From NCBI GenBank assembly GCA_045837725.1, contig JBEWZL010000135.1:1-64000 (forward strand): a stretch of DNA of 64,000 bases, written 5' to 3'. Positions 22,448-36,590 of the stretch are shown here, piece by piece. The notes beneath the pieces were generated by a model. The model made no database searches, was not told the DNA's origin, and saw only the letters and a program-made list of their open reading frames with translations. The stretch is from Vermamoeba vermiformis. Its lineage: Eukaryota. Position numbers and translations under genes: made by a program. The number at the start of each line of letters is the position of its first letter. Position 1 is the first letter of the stretch.

Positions 22448-25400
22448 TTAGTTGCTTTGCACTGAATCACGTTTGACCTCCTGATTATCCTCTTCGATAC
22501 TATCCTTTTCTTGAATGCTCATTTGCAATTTTATCAAATTGTCAATCGTAGGTGATCTAGTCGGTCTCGGCTTCGATTTATCTGTGCAAAAGTTAGTCGA
22601 GCTCGGATTCAAATCTCTAGTTCTTACCCTTGATGTAGCCTTCGAACATTGGTGAAGTTAAGAAATTGGGCCAGCACACGTTCTCCAACATTGTCCAAAC
22701 GTTGTCTTGCGCTGCTTTAAACATGTCCGACGTAGGGTTTTCAAGCTTAGTTTTAATTGCCTAAGATATCCGTTAGCACTCGAGCACTAACATTGCGTGG
22801 TTGCACTTACATGCAGATCAATGTTATCGTCCAGAGTAATGGCTAGCTCGCTGTCAACATCGAAAAACTTGCTCCAGATGGCTCGCGCCTTTTCCTTCAA
22901 CTGATCCTCCGAGCGTGTTCTAGTGAAGATTTCTGCATTGAATGTAAGTTATTATGATTGAAGATAACTTTGCTGAAACTTGCCGGCGTCGATCCAGAAC
23001 GAGAAGTTTTCGTTGCAGTAAATCGAGTACAAATACTCTCTGAACGTCATCATCAAATCAACGTTAGATATAGCCTCTGACAACTCCAACACGATCGCCT
23101 TGGACAACTTCTTCGAAACTATCTTTTCGTTTTCGTTTACCACTTCACGGCGCACTCTCGCGTCGCGCACTCGGATTAGCAGTTCCCACCGAGTCACCAA
23201 ACGACTTGGCAACAATTTGGAATCCGCACGAGGACTGAGTGAGCCAGTGGGCTTATTTGCCTCGACAGGAGGAGTCAAGAACGCGACCGGTGACTTGGTG
23301 AGTTGCTCGTATTGCTTGCTCTTCAAGAACTTGATATACCAATCGAACTTCAGTTTGCGCCATTGAGCATTCTCTAGATTGAACAAAGTGAAGCGCGTAG
23401 AGTCTCTTTCTGCCTCTTGCTCGATGTCTTTGATGTTGCATCCCTCTGCCTCCAAAGGCTCCTCGCCCATAAAATACTCACGCAGAATGTGCAGGCACTT
23501 TTCAGTGGTCGGTGCATCGTTTCCCAACCGATAAGTAGCTATACTTATTAGTTGCTATTCTACTTGCGACAATGTCTAACTTACCAGCATCGAATACGAA
23601 CTCAGCCAAGCGAGTCTTATTCTGCATTGTTAAGAACTCGAAGAATGATTGAGCCAAGTCTCCGTTGTAGAAAATATCATCGATGCTCATGAAGGTCGGT
23701 GTTGGCGATTGATCCATATTGAGTGATGTTCCGCGCTTCATCAATTCCTAAAAAAGAAAGTAAGCATCATCGATCAAGATTTTTTCCAAGCAAAACTTAC
23801 ATCTAAATTCTCCAGCGTTTCTCGACGACCAGTTCTTGGCTGTACAACCTCGGTACCTTCAATTTCTAACAGATTGTCAACGTTTGGCTCTGTACTAATA
23901 ATCCTCTTACGCTTTAGGTACGAAGTCCAGTAGGTCGAAGAGCGGAAGTTGACGAAACATTGCGAGCTCAAAATGTACCACGTCTCATTCTGAGCGTAAG
24001 AGAACATATCACGACGAGGCTCTTTAGCCCTTGACATTTCTTCCATGTTCTACCGCCAATGATCAGTAACTAGAACTGACTCAACATTATGCGCCTACCG
24101 CGATATCTGCATTGGTCAAGTTGTCGATGTAGATCACGTATGGGCTCTTGTCGTCAAAGTATTTCTTGAATATTTGCGGTGCTCTTTTCTTGCGCTGCTT
24201 TTCAGGCAAAGACTTGAAGATTTCTGCAGGCGGTCAGTCATCCGATAGACTTGGCATTCATAACATACCAGCTTCGAGCCAGAATGACAAAGATTCGTTA
24301 GCTTTGATTGAATGCAAGTATTCGCGGAACCAAAAAATGCAATCACGATCGTCTATAGCATCCTCCAAGCGAGGATTGTCTAACTTCAACCACTCAGGTC
24401 GAATCCGTTTCTTCGCGACGGCATTTCTGCCGACAACGATTAATATTTTGCACGTACAACAAATTGTGCTGCCTACCCTGCAAGCACTTTCATGGCTTTC
24501 ATTTTACCCAATGAAGGGCTTCGGAGTCGCGGTGAGCGCTCAGCGTCAATAACTACAAGGTCATTAATGATTATCTCCAGCATCGGCAACTTACAGCTCT
24601 CGCGTCTCTCGACTGCAAATCGATCATCCTTGGCACTTAAGCTCCGCCCAGGACGTCTACCAGGGCTCTTCGATCGGTTCTTTCGCTTCTCTGCAACATA
24701 ATCTTCAGCATCTTCCTGCTGTTGCTTGATGTAAAGCGCAAACGTTGTGCCGTTCTTTTTGCGGAAGTTATCGCCACGTACGTTATTAGGATCATCTAAA
24801 CGCCATTTTCAGCAATTCGCTAGTTATACATACAACCCGGTTGGCTCACTTACTTGCAAGACGACGGCCGTGCTCCGACATTATAAAACTCGAGAACATG
24901 TCCTTCTTAATCTTTTTAAAAATGTTTTCTTGAACGTCGTTAAATGCATCAGGGTCTCCCTTTTTTAAGCGATTTTTGATGCCCTACATTCATATTATAA
25001 TCGTTTTTGTTTTCTTCTGGAAATTTACCTTCGGATCCTCCACCTCTTCCTGGTCCAAAAAGAAATCGCTTTCCAGTACGAAATATTTCTCCCATATTTG
25101 CTGTCCTCTTTCTTTTAATAACTCGGGAGGCAACATTTTGTACGTTTCTGCATCCGGTACAATAATTAATGAAAAATTGTTACGTAGCAAGATAACAATT
25201 TACGAATTTAAAATAATTTTGCGAAAAGCTCGTTATACTAATTATGTCATTTGAAGCGTATTTCGCTTCGAAATTGATTTACTTACCAATTTCCATCCAG
25301 CAACTCAGATCACGCCACGCCGAGAACATGTATTCCGTGAAGGCGGAATACACTGCAAAATTCTCAGGCACTATAACCTCAGGCTTCAAAGGGCCTGTTA

Positions 25401-25452
25401 ATAGCAGACTTTTACGGTGCCCTGCGAGACCTTGCACGAACGTTTTCTCCAT
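22448..25452 (-). CDS. Multi-RGS-domain protein (about four RGS domains)
   Basis: AFTEYMF..DLSCWMEI, FREYLHSIKANESLSFWLEA, SFFEFLTMQNKTRLAEFVFDA and FREYLYSIYCNENFSFWIDA. Confidence 0.8.
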
Positions 25453-25620
25453 CCCTTTCCTAATGCGCACGAATCGTGTTCAATGTGCTATAATAATTGT
25501 AAGAACAGAGTCTGGAGATTATCCGTAAATAAAAATTATGAACCAAACAAATTTAAACGAGTCTATTTTTGGCACCGAAATGAAAACAGTCCATGACGTT
25601 TAGTTTAGACACCGGTCACA

Positions 25621-28539
25621 ATGGACGAACACACCTCAATATTTACACAACTTCCAATCGAGGTGCTGGTCGAGTTACTTTTATTGACGGATGCCAAATC
25701 CATTTCACAGTTTTATGGCGCGAATACAACCCATAAAAAATTATTTACGCGACAAAATGGTTTATGGCAACTATTATCGTGCAAAATTTGCTCTTGGAGC
25801 GCCGCAGGTAATTTTGAAACCAGATCTGTTTAGAAGGCCTCCCAAATTGCTAATATCGAGTATTTGACTTACAATTTTCCAAAAATATTTATTATTATTA
25901 GTATGAGAAAATAAATCAATTGCTAACTTTCATAAAATGCAGATGTAAAACTGATTCACGATCGGCGAAAAAACAATAGCGAAGACTCAGCTATAGACTG
26001 GCACAAAGAGTTTCGTGTCGTTTCGTTCTTTGATTCAAAGATTCGCAACGCTGAACTCACTCATAACAATTTAAAGCCTCGTCCGCCCCTGCTTCAAACT
26101 GTCGCCAAAAATCATTTCAGGGTGGACAATTGCCTTCCTGATGATTTCGGAGTCGACTATGCTTATTGTGTAAGTGATTAGGGCTGTGGTGGATTTCATG
26201 AAATTAGATCTTGACATTTGACAAGGCACTTCAAGCAGAAGACCCTCTCTATCCTCTTCCGCTTGGTAATTTTACCGTTGCCTATTACGAAGTTGAATTG
26301 CTCAAGCTCGGACAGTACGTTTGAAGCTTGTTAATTATCCGTATCGATTAATTTCGAAATTCCAGATTTGACTTTGTGGTTGGTGCAGCCCAGGATGGTT
26401 ATGTTGGTTACGTAGGTCTCGGCAGATCTTCGTTCTCATTTGGCAGCGATCCGACCAGTGGAATATTTTATTTGGGTTCTGAATTCGTGAGCGAAGAGTC
26501 ACAATCCAATCCGCTTTATTTTCTTCACATAGGCGATATAAGTATGAAATAAATATTACTATAAACAGGCTCTCATGACCTAATTGTTTATTGTAGTTGG
26601 ATTTGGCATTGATTTTAGTAAACGGTCTGTATTTTGGACGAAGAATGGCGAGTTCATGTTCGAGTCTACGGTGGATGCGATGCAGAATCCCATTTTGAAC
26701 ATCAATTCGTTGCATGCCACCGTATCAATGGACAACCACGAGTTGAAAGCCAACTTTGGCAGCAAGCCGTTTGCATTCGATATTTTGGGGTATCAAAAGA
26801 AGCACTCCGCCGCTACCGAATTGAGCCTCTACTCCAACACTAGTACGTGTATAGCATGCATGTGATGACTTTTAATACGACATAATACTGACATGTATAT
26901 TATAGTAATGCCTCACCTGTGCTCGTTTCAAGATTCGGACTCGTTCACCGGCAAATTCTTCAAGGCCCATTCGGCGTTCTATCCGCTGGCTTCAGACTTT
27001 ACTCCGCCCAAATTTACCGCACATGTCCCACCCTTACTGTACATGGTGACCTACTGCCGCAACGATCCGAATTTTAAAGAAACCGAGGTGTCCACTGATC
27101 TTTTCATGCAACTGCAAACGTGCCGCGCTGTGTGTGCCTGGGCGAAGACTTTGCAAGAATTGTATGTATCTTTCATGAACGACAAACTGTTAGATTAACT
27201 ATTGCCGTTAAGAAAGGAGCCAGTACACAGATCCACCCAACGATTTATGCAAACACTTGCAACCATGTTCGGTCAAAATGTATGTTCGCATACCTTTTGA
27301 ATAACGCTTTAGATGCTAAATTATTATTACCACAGGATTACGAAGAAAAATCTTGGTCAGATAAAGTTATGACAATTGCAAGACTCGCTGAGCCCCACGT
27401 GATGAATTTAATTGGCGAGTTGGTCCATGTGACTATAGAATCTACTACGACTGAATATGCATTTACTGTACGTAACTACTTCCGTACTTCCTTGTATCGC
27501 GATTTTGACTTCAGTTGTAGGGCCTTGCACCAGACTGGGCCGTGTGCACTACTGCCTTTCATCAACTAAGTACAGACAAGTGCATTTGACACCGCTTTTT
27601 GTTTATTAATTTCTATGCTCTTAGTTTACGGCGACACGCCACCCGGTCATTACACCAAACAGGCAGCGATTGACTTGCTGCAGGAACAAGCTGGTGAGCA
27701 GTTAAATACAGTCGATCTCGTCATCTTCGCATTTGAAACAATTTTGAGGTATTGGAATGTTTTTCAGAAAACTCGCTGTTACTAATAGTGCAAACAGACT
27801 TCGCACATCTGTGATGGAAAGTGTAGCTAATCAACGCTGCATGGAAATTGTAGCCAAACAAATCAAAGAGCATCGAGAGTTAATGGTACGCCACTTGTTC
27901 TAGAGATACAATTTGTATTAATACTTGTTACCACAGCCAATTTACAACAACGACGCACACTTGATAGCAAAAATCAAGGAAATGTACTCAGAATTGCGCT
28001 CAAGAGTCGACAAGAGCAATCACCAAACTGAATTGGAAAAAAGATTGGGTCCGATCTACCTGTACAACAACTTAAGAGGCATTGATGAACCAGGACCTAC
28101 TGGCAATTCATTCTCGGCTTATTTCGTGCTGTGCGGCATATACAAGCTGAAAATTGACCCCACCCCATTCCCTACAAAAGAGGAGTACCTGAACGAGGTC
28201 AAGAAACAGCTCCGCGTGTTGATGACCGACGAAGATCTGCTCAGAGACTTCTTACAATACTGCAAAGATCACGCTGAATGCAATTTTGATAACGATTCCT
28301 TTGTCCGCGCTGTGATTCCCTTGCAGTACCTTGGTTTGGATCCCGCTTTAATTAAAGGCCCTGATCGAGAGCTACGCGATGCAATCCTCATGATGAAGTC
28401 CGTTGCGATGAAAAGTACAAACACGCAATCGAACGCCAAGCACTCCAGCAAGGTTGCACTCGGTGTCGGAATCGTTGCCGGTCTCGCTGCTATTGGGGTT
28501 GGGCTCGGATATTACTTGTTTAGAAAGAAGTTCAAATAA
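25621..28539 (+). CDS. F-box-like + SPRY domain protein with C-terminal transmembrane anchor
   Basis: FTQLPIEVLVELL is F-box-like. YYEVE, VGFGID...VFWTKNG and ANFGSKPFAFDI indicate SPRY. C-terminus VALGVGIVAGLAAIGVGLGYYLFRKKFK. The single-gene model is inferred. Confidence 0.65.
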
Positions 28540-28606
28540 ACCTAAAGAAAGACAATCCAAAATCATTTCGTGAACGTCTCTGGTCTCGAAACTTATCTTA
28601 CATTTA

Positions 28607-31600
28607 TTAGATGAAACCAGCCCGCTTAGGTGTTTTGCGTACAAGTCCTCCTGGTGTCTGTGAGCCACTTTCTTTCATGCCAGGCGTGACAATTTTCTGC
28701 CGTTTCCTTCGAAGTGCTTCGATCTCATCGTCTTCTTTTTCGATGCCAGCCGCCTCTTGCAGTCGCTTATCCATCTCTTCTTGCATCGTCATTTTGTCTT
28801 CTTTTTCTCGCTTACGTTTGAGCTGTCGGCTGTCCAATGATTCCTTCACTGAAAAGAACATCGGGCCCATCTCTGCAAGCCATCGCGGATCCACTGCAGT
28901 GACACATTGCATGTACTCTTTGGACGTGTAAACGAGCTCGTGATACACGATGTATTCGGCAGGGAAGCCCAAGCCGTAGAGCGCAGATGTTGGATGTAAG
29001 AAGCACGGCATGCCTGTACGAAGATTGAAGTATTCGCCGATACCTTTCATCTTCGCTGCGTTGTGGAAGTACGCGGAACAAATGGCACGGCGGACAGGGT
29101 CCCACGAAGTGCCTGATGATCGGATCTCCATCTTGTTCTTTTCCATAATATCAAGGAGCTGTGATCTAATCTCCTTAACTCGACGCATGGCCTTGGGCTG
29201 GATGAAATTATCATTGCACCACGACGAGCTGTAATTCTTCGCCTTCCACTGCTTGTACACATTGTACAGTGTCAAGTGATCGGACTCGGCCACCATGAAC
29301 TTCTCTCGTCGTGCGTCACTTTCTTCTTCGCGTCCTTTAGGTCTGTAGAACACCGTCGGAACGCTCAACATGGACACAATAGTCACAACTTCATCCGTGC
29401 AACCAAGCTCCTCGCTCGTGAGAAGCATCTTTGAGAGGGGCGGATCTAACGGGAATTCGACCATTTTTCGACCAACAGGCGTCAAGTCACCGGTGTTGTC
29501 CAATGCACCTAAGATCCACAACTGATAGAGGGACTGTTGAATGTTGTCTTGAGGTGGCGGATCCATGAAGTCAAAGTCGAGCATGTCTTTCACGCCCAAA
29601 GACTTCAATAACAAGATGACGTTGCTGAGGTTTGTGCGTTGAATTTCAGGCACAGTATTGAACAACATCTCGTCTCTAAAAATACGCTCGGTGTACAAGC
29701 GATAACACTGACCGGGACCAGTACGACCGGCACGACCCGCACGTTGATTGCCGTTGGCTTGACTGATCGGAAACACTTGCAAAGCATCCATACCAATCTT
29801 GGGGTTGTAGACCTTTAACTTGCAGAAACCAGAGTCGATCACGTAGAAGATACCATCGACTGTGAGTGACGTCTCGGCAATGTTTGTGGCCACGATGCAC
29901 TTGCGCGCACCGCCTTCAGCACGGTCAAAAATCTTCGCTTGAAGATCAGAAGGGAGCTGCGAGTAAATGGGGAGAATTTGGAGCGGTGGCACGCCTTCGC
30001 CAAGTGCTTGAAGTCTGTCATGAACGAGCACGCACGTGGCTTCAACGTCTTCTTGACCAGTCATAAACACGAGAATGTCGCCACGAGGTCTGCCCAAGTG
30101 AATGGCAAGGATTTGTTTCACGGCAGCATCGACGTAGTCCTCGGCCGGCGACTTGGAAAACATGACTTCGACGGGGAAAGTTCTGCCGGGAATTTTGAAC
30201 ACGGGCACATTGCCAAAGAATCTGCTGAACTTCTCGGCATCCATGGTTGCTGATGTGACGATCAATTTCATATCGTGACGACGAGCCACGACCTTCTTGA
30301 GCACACCGAACAGCACATCCGTGTTGAGACTGCGCTCGTGTGCTTCGTCCATAATCACAGCGCTGTACTGATCCAGATCAGGCTCGTTCAAACTCTCGCG
30401 TAACAAGACACCGTCAGTCATGTACTTGATGAGAGTCTCGTTGGACGTGCAGTCTTCAAAACGAATGGCATAACCGACTGTGCCACCAAGTTGACAGCCA
30501 ACTTCTTCACTGACACGCTTGGCCACGGACATGGCAGCGACACGACGAGGTTGCGTGCAGCCAATCATGCCATAGCGCGTGTACCCTTCTTCGTGCAAGT
30601 ACTGTGCAATTTGAGTGGTCTTGCCTGAACCAGTCTCACCGACCAAAATAATCACGTTGTGGTCTCGAATGATGTTCATAAGCTCGCGACGGCACGTGAA
30701 AATCGGCAAGAACTCTCGTTGTTCTTTCATCGTCTTCGATCTTGGCGAAATCACTGACAGCCTCGTTCTTCTTTGTCACGAACTTGGAGTACTGACTTCC
30801 AGCGCGGTCATTGCCACCGTCGTCATCGAGTACTTTGCTCATCATGTCCTCCTCTTCGTCATCGTTCTTCTTCTCGCCTGGCAGCAGTTCACCACCAGCA
30901 ATGCCAGAGCTGCTGTTGGCAATCTCCCAGAACTTCTTTTGAGCCTTCAAACGCTCTTTCTGCTCTCTGAGCTCGCGCAACACGGCACTGCCTCGCTTGG
31001 CCAGCTTTGCAATGTCGGAGGTCGGGTCTTTGACGGGCAAAATAACGTCCTTCATCTTCGTGAATGTGATCTCGCCAGTCAAGAATGGCGGCTTCGTGTC
31101 GTGTACTAGCAAGTGCACACCAGCCTCTTCTTCTTCGAAGTCTTCATCGCCACCAGCACGAGTGACGACACCAGAGGCCAACAGACGCGCTTCTTCCCAC
31201 TTGGACTGATCTTGATTCGCTTGCAACTTCCTCGGGTTTACACGACGATTCAATCTCTTGTGCGCTAGCTCTTCCTCGAAGATTTTCACTGTTTGAGGAT
31301 CCGCTAAGAACGGATCTTTAGTCAAATCTGCGACTTGTTCTTCATCTTGATCGTAGTAGTCGCGATCAAAATCATCGTCGCGCTCGTCATCAAAATCAAC
31401 CGGTGATCTGTCGCGAGCAGGGGCGTTGTTACTCTCCCATTTGTTGTAGCGATGTGACGGTGTCGAGGCAGGTGTTCTATCGTATCGAGCACGTGAATCA
31501 CGGCTCATCGAATCACGTGACGGTGTTCGTCCTCCTTCACTGCGCGAAGGTGTTCTTCCTCCATCACGATCACGTTCTCTGTCTCTGTCTCTGTCTCTGT

Positions 31601-32580
31601 CTCTATCATCTCTGCTGTCTCGACTTGAACTTCTGTCACGATCACGTTCTCTGTCTCTGTCACGATCTCTGTCTCGATCGTCTCTGCTGTCTCGTCGATC
31701 ACGACCGTCGCGTCTATCTCTGTCGCGATCACGATCGTAATCTCGATCTCTATATCTTTGTCTGTTGCTGATGCGTTCTTTGACGGCCTCGTTAACACCG
31801 CCAGGGTGAGAAGGTGTTTCTGCACGGTGAGATCTGTAATTCTTTTCACCACGTTCTACACTTTTGTTAGTGCTTGTACTTTATTATTATGTGTATTTAA
31901 GTTCGTACCTGACTTGACTAATCGCTCTTCTTTAATTTCGCTGCCCGGATCTTCGTCATATTTTTTGACTTGGAGATCTTCCAGTCGTTTCTTTTCAGCG
32001 AGTCTGTCTAAACCAAGTATTGATTTTTTTGGCTCGGGCTTGATAAACATTGGTGCCTAATAATTCATATTAATACTATTATCGGAAGAGAATAATAATT
32101 GCCATTTCTATTTATGCAAATTTTCAAACATACCTCCGCTTGATCGTCTGGTTTGATAAGACCTCCTCTCTTTTGCGCATCACCTCCTAATTTTTCTACA
32201 TAATTGGAGAAGCCACCAAATTTGATATCAGATCCCTTTGAATCTGGACCACCTTCAAAAAATCCAGTAAGGGTGCCAAAAATATCTCTGAGTGCATTAT
32301 AGTGGTTTGGGAGTGTGAAACCGAGGCCCAATTTGACACACGCTAAAAAAATAAATTAATAATTATTTTAAAATTTCGATTAGAAAGCCTTGTAAGCTGC
32401 GACTGCACTATAATTTAATGACCACAAATAATTACCTGTTTCGAAATCTTTGTATTCTTTGGTACTTTTGCCTCCTTTTCTGAATTCGCTGATGATCGCT
32501 TTCGCAAGCGTCAAATTCGTGCCTTGAAGATTTAGGGCACGAGCAGCCTTGTCCGCAACTGAATGTACAAGACCTTCCAT
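28607..32580 (-). CDS. DHX38: Pre-mRNA splicing DEAH-box helicase PRP16
   Basis: [48 protein letters not shown] and an RD-rich N-terminus. One extra base at ~30740 splits [16 protein letters not shown]. Confidence 0.95.
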
Positions 32581-32992
32581 TGTGTTGCTGATCAATAAGA
32601 ATGAATAAGAAAAAACAATTTGGTTGGGAAAAAGCAAACCGGATTCTCGAAAAGACCGAAACAGTTTAATGGTCCAATGTTGTTATAAAGAACATGTACA
32701 CCCTTGAACTTGACCGAAATACTCGTATTATTCCCCGTTCTTTTGGTTAATTTCTCCCGCCAAAACAAAAAACGGTAACGACGCCGTGTCATTGTCTTTC
32801 TGCGCACTACCAAAACAAAGGTAACGGGTGGTCTTATTTTATACAAAAATAAAGGTCAACGAAATTTGGCTTTTCTGCCGCAACAGGCTTTATTATAAGA
32901 AACTAATTGTAAGTTCTAGGACTTTTAAAGTAAAAATAACGAAAAGAAAAACTTTTGTGGGGGACAACGAAAGAGACGACACCGTTAAGCGC

Positions 32993-34148
32993 ATGAAATA
33001 CTCAAAGGTACTTGTTAAATATTAAATATTTACGCAGATTTTAATTATTATTTGTGAAGGAACCCGTCACTTGCCAAGGATCGCCTGAAATGCCTGACGA
33101 TGTTTGGTTCTTGATATTTGACATTATTGATAGTTTATTCATATTGTGTATTTTATCATCAGCATCAAAAAAATTCTGCTCCTTGTGTCAACGTTACAAG
33201 AATGCTCGTAATATCAAACCAGCACCACTCACATCAGCGCAGTTTTCATTTTATTTTGCAGAGAATGGTTGGCTGAATTGTCTGCAATATATGGTTGAAA
33301 ATGGAGTAAACTTAGACGAATACACCTCATTCGTGGCTGCTGCCAAAGGTCATTATTCCTGTGTTGCATTTGCCTGTGATAATGGGGGTATGTTTACACA
33401 GATTTACATACTGACTAACTTGAGTAGCATATTTAAATGAAGAACTGTGTGAAACAGCAGCATTCGTTGGTTGCCTTGACACTATCAAGTATGCCCAAGC
33501 ACATGGATGTGAATTCTCTTGGCGACGAGTGGCCTTCAATGCAGCACTTCAGGGCCACAAGCATATTCTTAAACATATACCTGTAGAAGAACGTAAGGTT
33601 TACTATTTTCAAATTGATGATTTAATCAATTACATTACAAACAAATAGTGAAAGAACTAGCCCCAGCAGCAATGTTGTTTGCCACTATTGAAGGCAGATT
33701 AGACTGTCTCAAATACTTGCATGAAATTAGCCTTGATTGGGGAGATTTTGTTTGTGAATCTTCAGCAAGTCCAGGCAATCTAGATTGCATCAAATATGCT
33801 CATGAAAATGGTGCAAGATGGAGTGACAATGCAACACTGAGTGCTGCATATTATGGGCAGCTCGATACATTAATTTATGCTCATGAACAAGGTGCTCCAT
33901 GGGATGAATCGACTTGTTCGCTTGCAGCAAGGGAAGGATTCTTAGATTGCATGATCTATGCTCACAAAAATGGAGCTCAATGGGGCAATGCATGCTCCAT
34001 GGCCTTGAAATATGGAAATATGGAATGTATGATTTATGCTCATGAACATGGTGCCATATTAGATGTTAAAGAATTGGATGGTGATCTTTTTATTGATGGC
34101 AATTGCCTTCAATATGCACAGGAGAAGAAATGGTTACCTGACACTTGA
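32993..34148 (+). CDS. F-box + ankyrin-repeat protein (Pandoravirus/amoeba type)
   Basis: MPDDVWFLIF F-box, then repeated A..G.LDC(L/I/M).YAHE.GA.W units. Start position approximate. Confidence 0.85.
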
Positions 34149-35087
34149 ACAGTTATTGCTTTAATTGTAGATATAAATGAACTCCTGAATGGTGATTATC
34201 TAGATACTACATGTAATATGATGTACTAGCACTTAGCAATTGCTTGATGCGGCAAACGGTAACGATTGTGCCAAGTAGCGCTGACACTGGAAGGGTTACA
34301 AAAGTGTCAACACTTTTGTTCGTCGCAACAAAGCGTTGACTTCAGGCACTGCACACATGAATAAGCTAAAGTTAAATACAATCACATAATGAAAAATTCA
34401 TACTTACACGAATGGCTCGGTCCCATCGTACCATGAGACGCCCTTATTAGCCTACAACTTGTAAGGGATTAGCGGCAGGATTATTATCCATAAAATTAAT
34501 TAATTTGAAATTATTTAATTAATCAAATATTATCGTGAGATAATTACACGAGCAATTTATGCGAGCTAGGTTGAATAATATTTGTATTATTTTTAAATTA
34601 ATTAATTATTCTATTCTCCAATTTCTTCTCCCTAGGTTTAATTGTAATACATACATGTTACCAAGCTAGCAGCATTGCTCGAGGCTCTGTTGATCAAAGG
34701 CACGAGGACCTTTGACAATAAATCGTTGTGGTTGTTGTCGCAGATCATTCGAAAACAAATAAACGAGAGCCAATAATTGAGGTTACCCACTGACAGCTTC
34801 ACAATGGCTAAGGCGATGCAGGCTACAATAGGCCAGCATTAAGCGTTTGGAGCCATCCACCTTTTACTGGCCGATCAGCGGTAAGCATCTCTTGTCCGCT
34901 CTCTCCTGCTGTTAAAAAGTGTTTTTGAAAATTAAACAATGCTCAAACCAAAAAACACTGTTTTCTAACTACAGCGAAGCCAAACGTCAATAACTTTCGA
35001 AAATCAAATTTGTTTTTATTACTTTACCGGAGAACACAATCCTCCTATCCTATATCACCAGGAACCTAGCAACCTTCAATAGTCAGC

Positions 35088-36549
35088 ATGGCAGGACGTA
35101 CTGTGACTTGGTTATTGGTGATCTTGGTAGTTACGCTGTTCGGGATGAACGGATTCCTTCTGTTGCAGTTAGCCAATAATGACGGCCCTAAATCATCGCC
35201 AAATATTAATAATCAGTTGCAAGTACTAGCTGCAGATAGATTTGGCTCAGATGACGGAAAGTTCGATATTCGGATCGCCCATTTATTTTTGTTACACGTA
35301 AGTATTCTTCTTCTATGTAGTATAAGCATCCAGCGATATAACTTAGTGCATATTATATTTAATATTTAATATTTTGATTTTCCGGTCCTAACTTTTACCG
35401 GCTTTATTGACATTTTTCCGAACTACCCCTAATCGTGATTACCTTTAGAATGAAGGCATGGTAAAAGGAGCTGCAAGAATTTTAAAACGCATCTGGAGAC
35501 CTCAGCACACCTTTGTCGTGCACATGGACGTTAAAGCGAATATAACTCTCAGTGCAACCAAAGCTCTTCTATATAAAACAGGTGCGTATAATACACAAGT
35601 ATTTCCTATCATTACCGCCTAATTTATTTCTTGGCCTAACGAACTTTTCGAAAAGTTTTTGGGGAAGAAGGGCCCAGCGAAGACAACTTCGTCTTTATTG
35701 CCACCCAAAATGTTGTATGGGCGGGCATTACAATGATCCAAGCAGAACTCGATTTATTATCCTCTGCATTCCAAACAGGAAGATGGTACGCGATCTCCAA
35801 CTTGTCCGTACACGTCAACACTTACACTAACGCGTCATGTTATATCATAGGTGGGATCAAGCTTTATTATGGAGCGGTCGATGTTATCCAACGAAGACAA
35901 CCGAGCAACTCGAAAAGAAGTTGTTGGAATGGAAAGGCAAAAATATTCTTGAAATGTGGGGCCGTGGAGGATTTGACGACAAAAAGAAAGACGATAGAAC
36001 TAAATACGTTTGCGTATCTTTAGCTGATCAAATGTTACCTGAGGTAAGCTTGTCAGATTCAAACTTCTATTCCGATAACTCTAATTTCTCTGTAAGTGTA
36101 TGGAGGCGTTTTATGGACGACGAGGCAAAGGACCAGTTGGCATCGATACTTTTAGACACGGTGCGCAATGGTTCATGATTTCACGAGAATTTGCCTACTT
36201 CGCTCTTTATTCGGATCTGTCGCGCAATTTGATGATGTTTATGGCCAATACTTACGTACCCGATGAAATGTTCTTCCAAACACTGCTCTATAATAGTCCA
36301 TATAAGAATAACGTGCTCGACACCAAAAAGTACGTTTGGAGACACGAGAAGTGGTTTGGATGCGAAGGACAAAAGTTGCCTTGTTTGATGACTTTTGGTA
36401 TGTTAACAACACTCATAGCTTATTATACTAACAATCGTATAGATGAGTTGAAATATGCTGTTAAAGATACTCCGTTGATTGCGCGCAAGTTTGATCCAGA
36501 GGACAACACTTTCTACGACTTTGTGGACAAATTATTAGACAAGCAATAA
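35088..36549 (+). CDS. GT14 glycosyltransferase (core-2/I-branching or xylosyltransferase family), type II membrane protein
   Basis: N-terminal TM, VVHMD.K, VVWAG, SG.CYP, GAQWFMISREF, PDEMFFQT and ARKFD. Confidence 0.88.
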
Positions 36550-36590
36550 ATGTACATAGCTGAATTGATACACCTTTATTTACAAGCTTT

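Noticed and set aside
30730-30750. Programmed frameshift or pseudogenisation of PRP16
   Set aside because: One extra base in an essential, otherwise intact gene with no slippery site. Similar breaks at ~10681, ~14135 and ~51070-51135 point to assembly indel errors; read mapping would settle it.
31560-31750. (TCTCTG)n microsatellite
   Set aside because: Encodes the RD-rich region of PRP16.
34400-34412. U1 snRNA 5' end (ATACTTAC)
   Set aside because: No U1 stem-loop or Sm motifs follow. It is the reverse complement of a donor-like site.
34852-34872. U5 snRNA loop I
   Set aside because: ACCTTTTAC differs from the invariant GCCTTTTAC, and the flanking stem does not fit.
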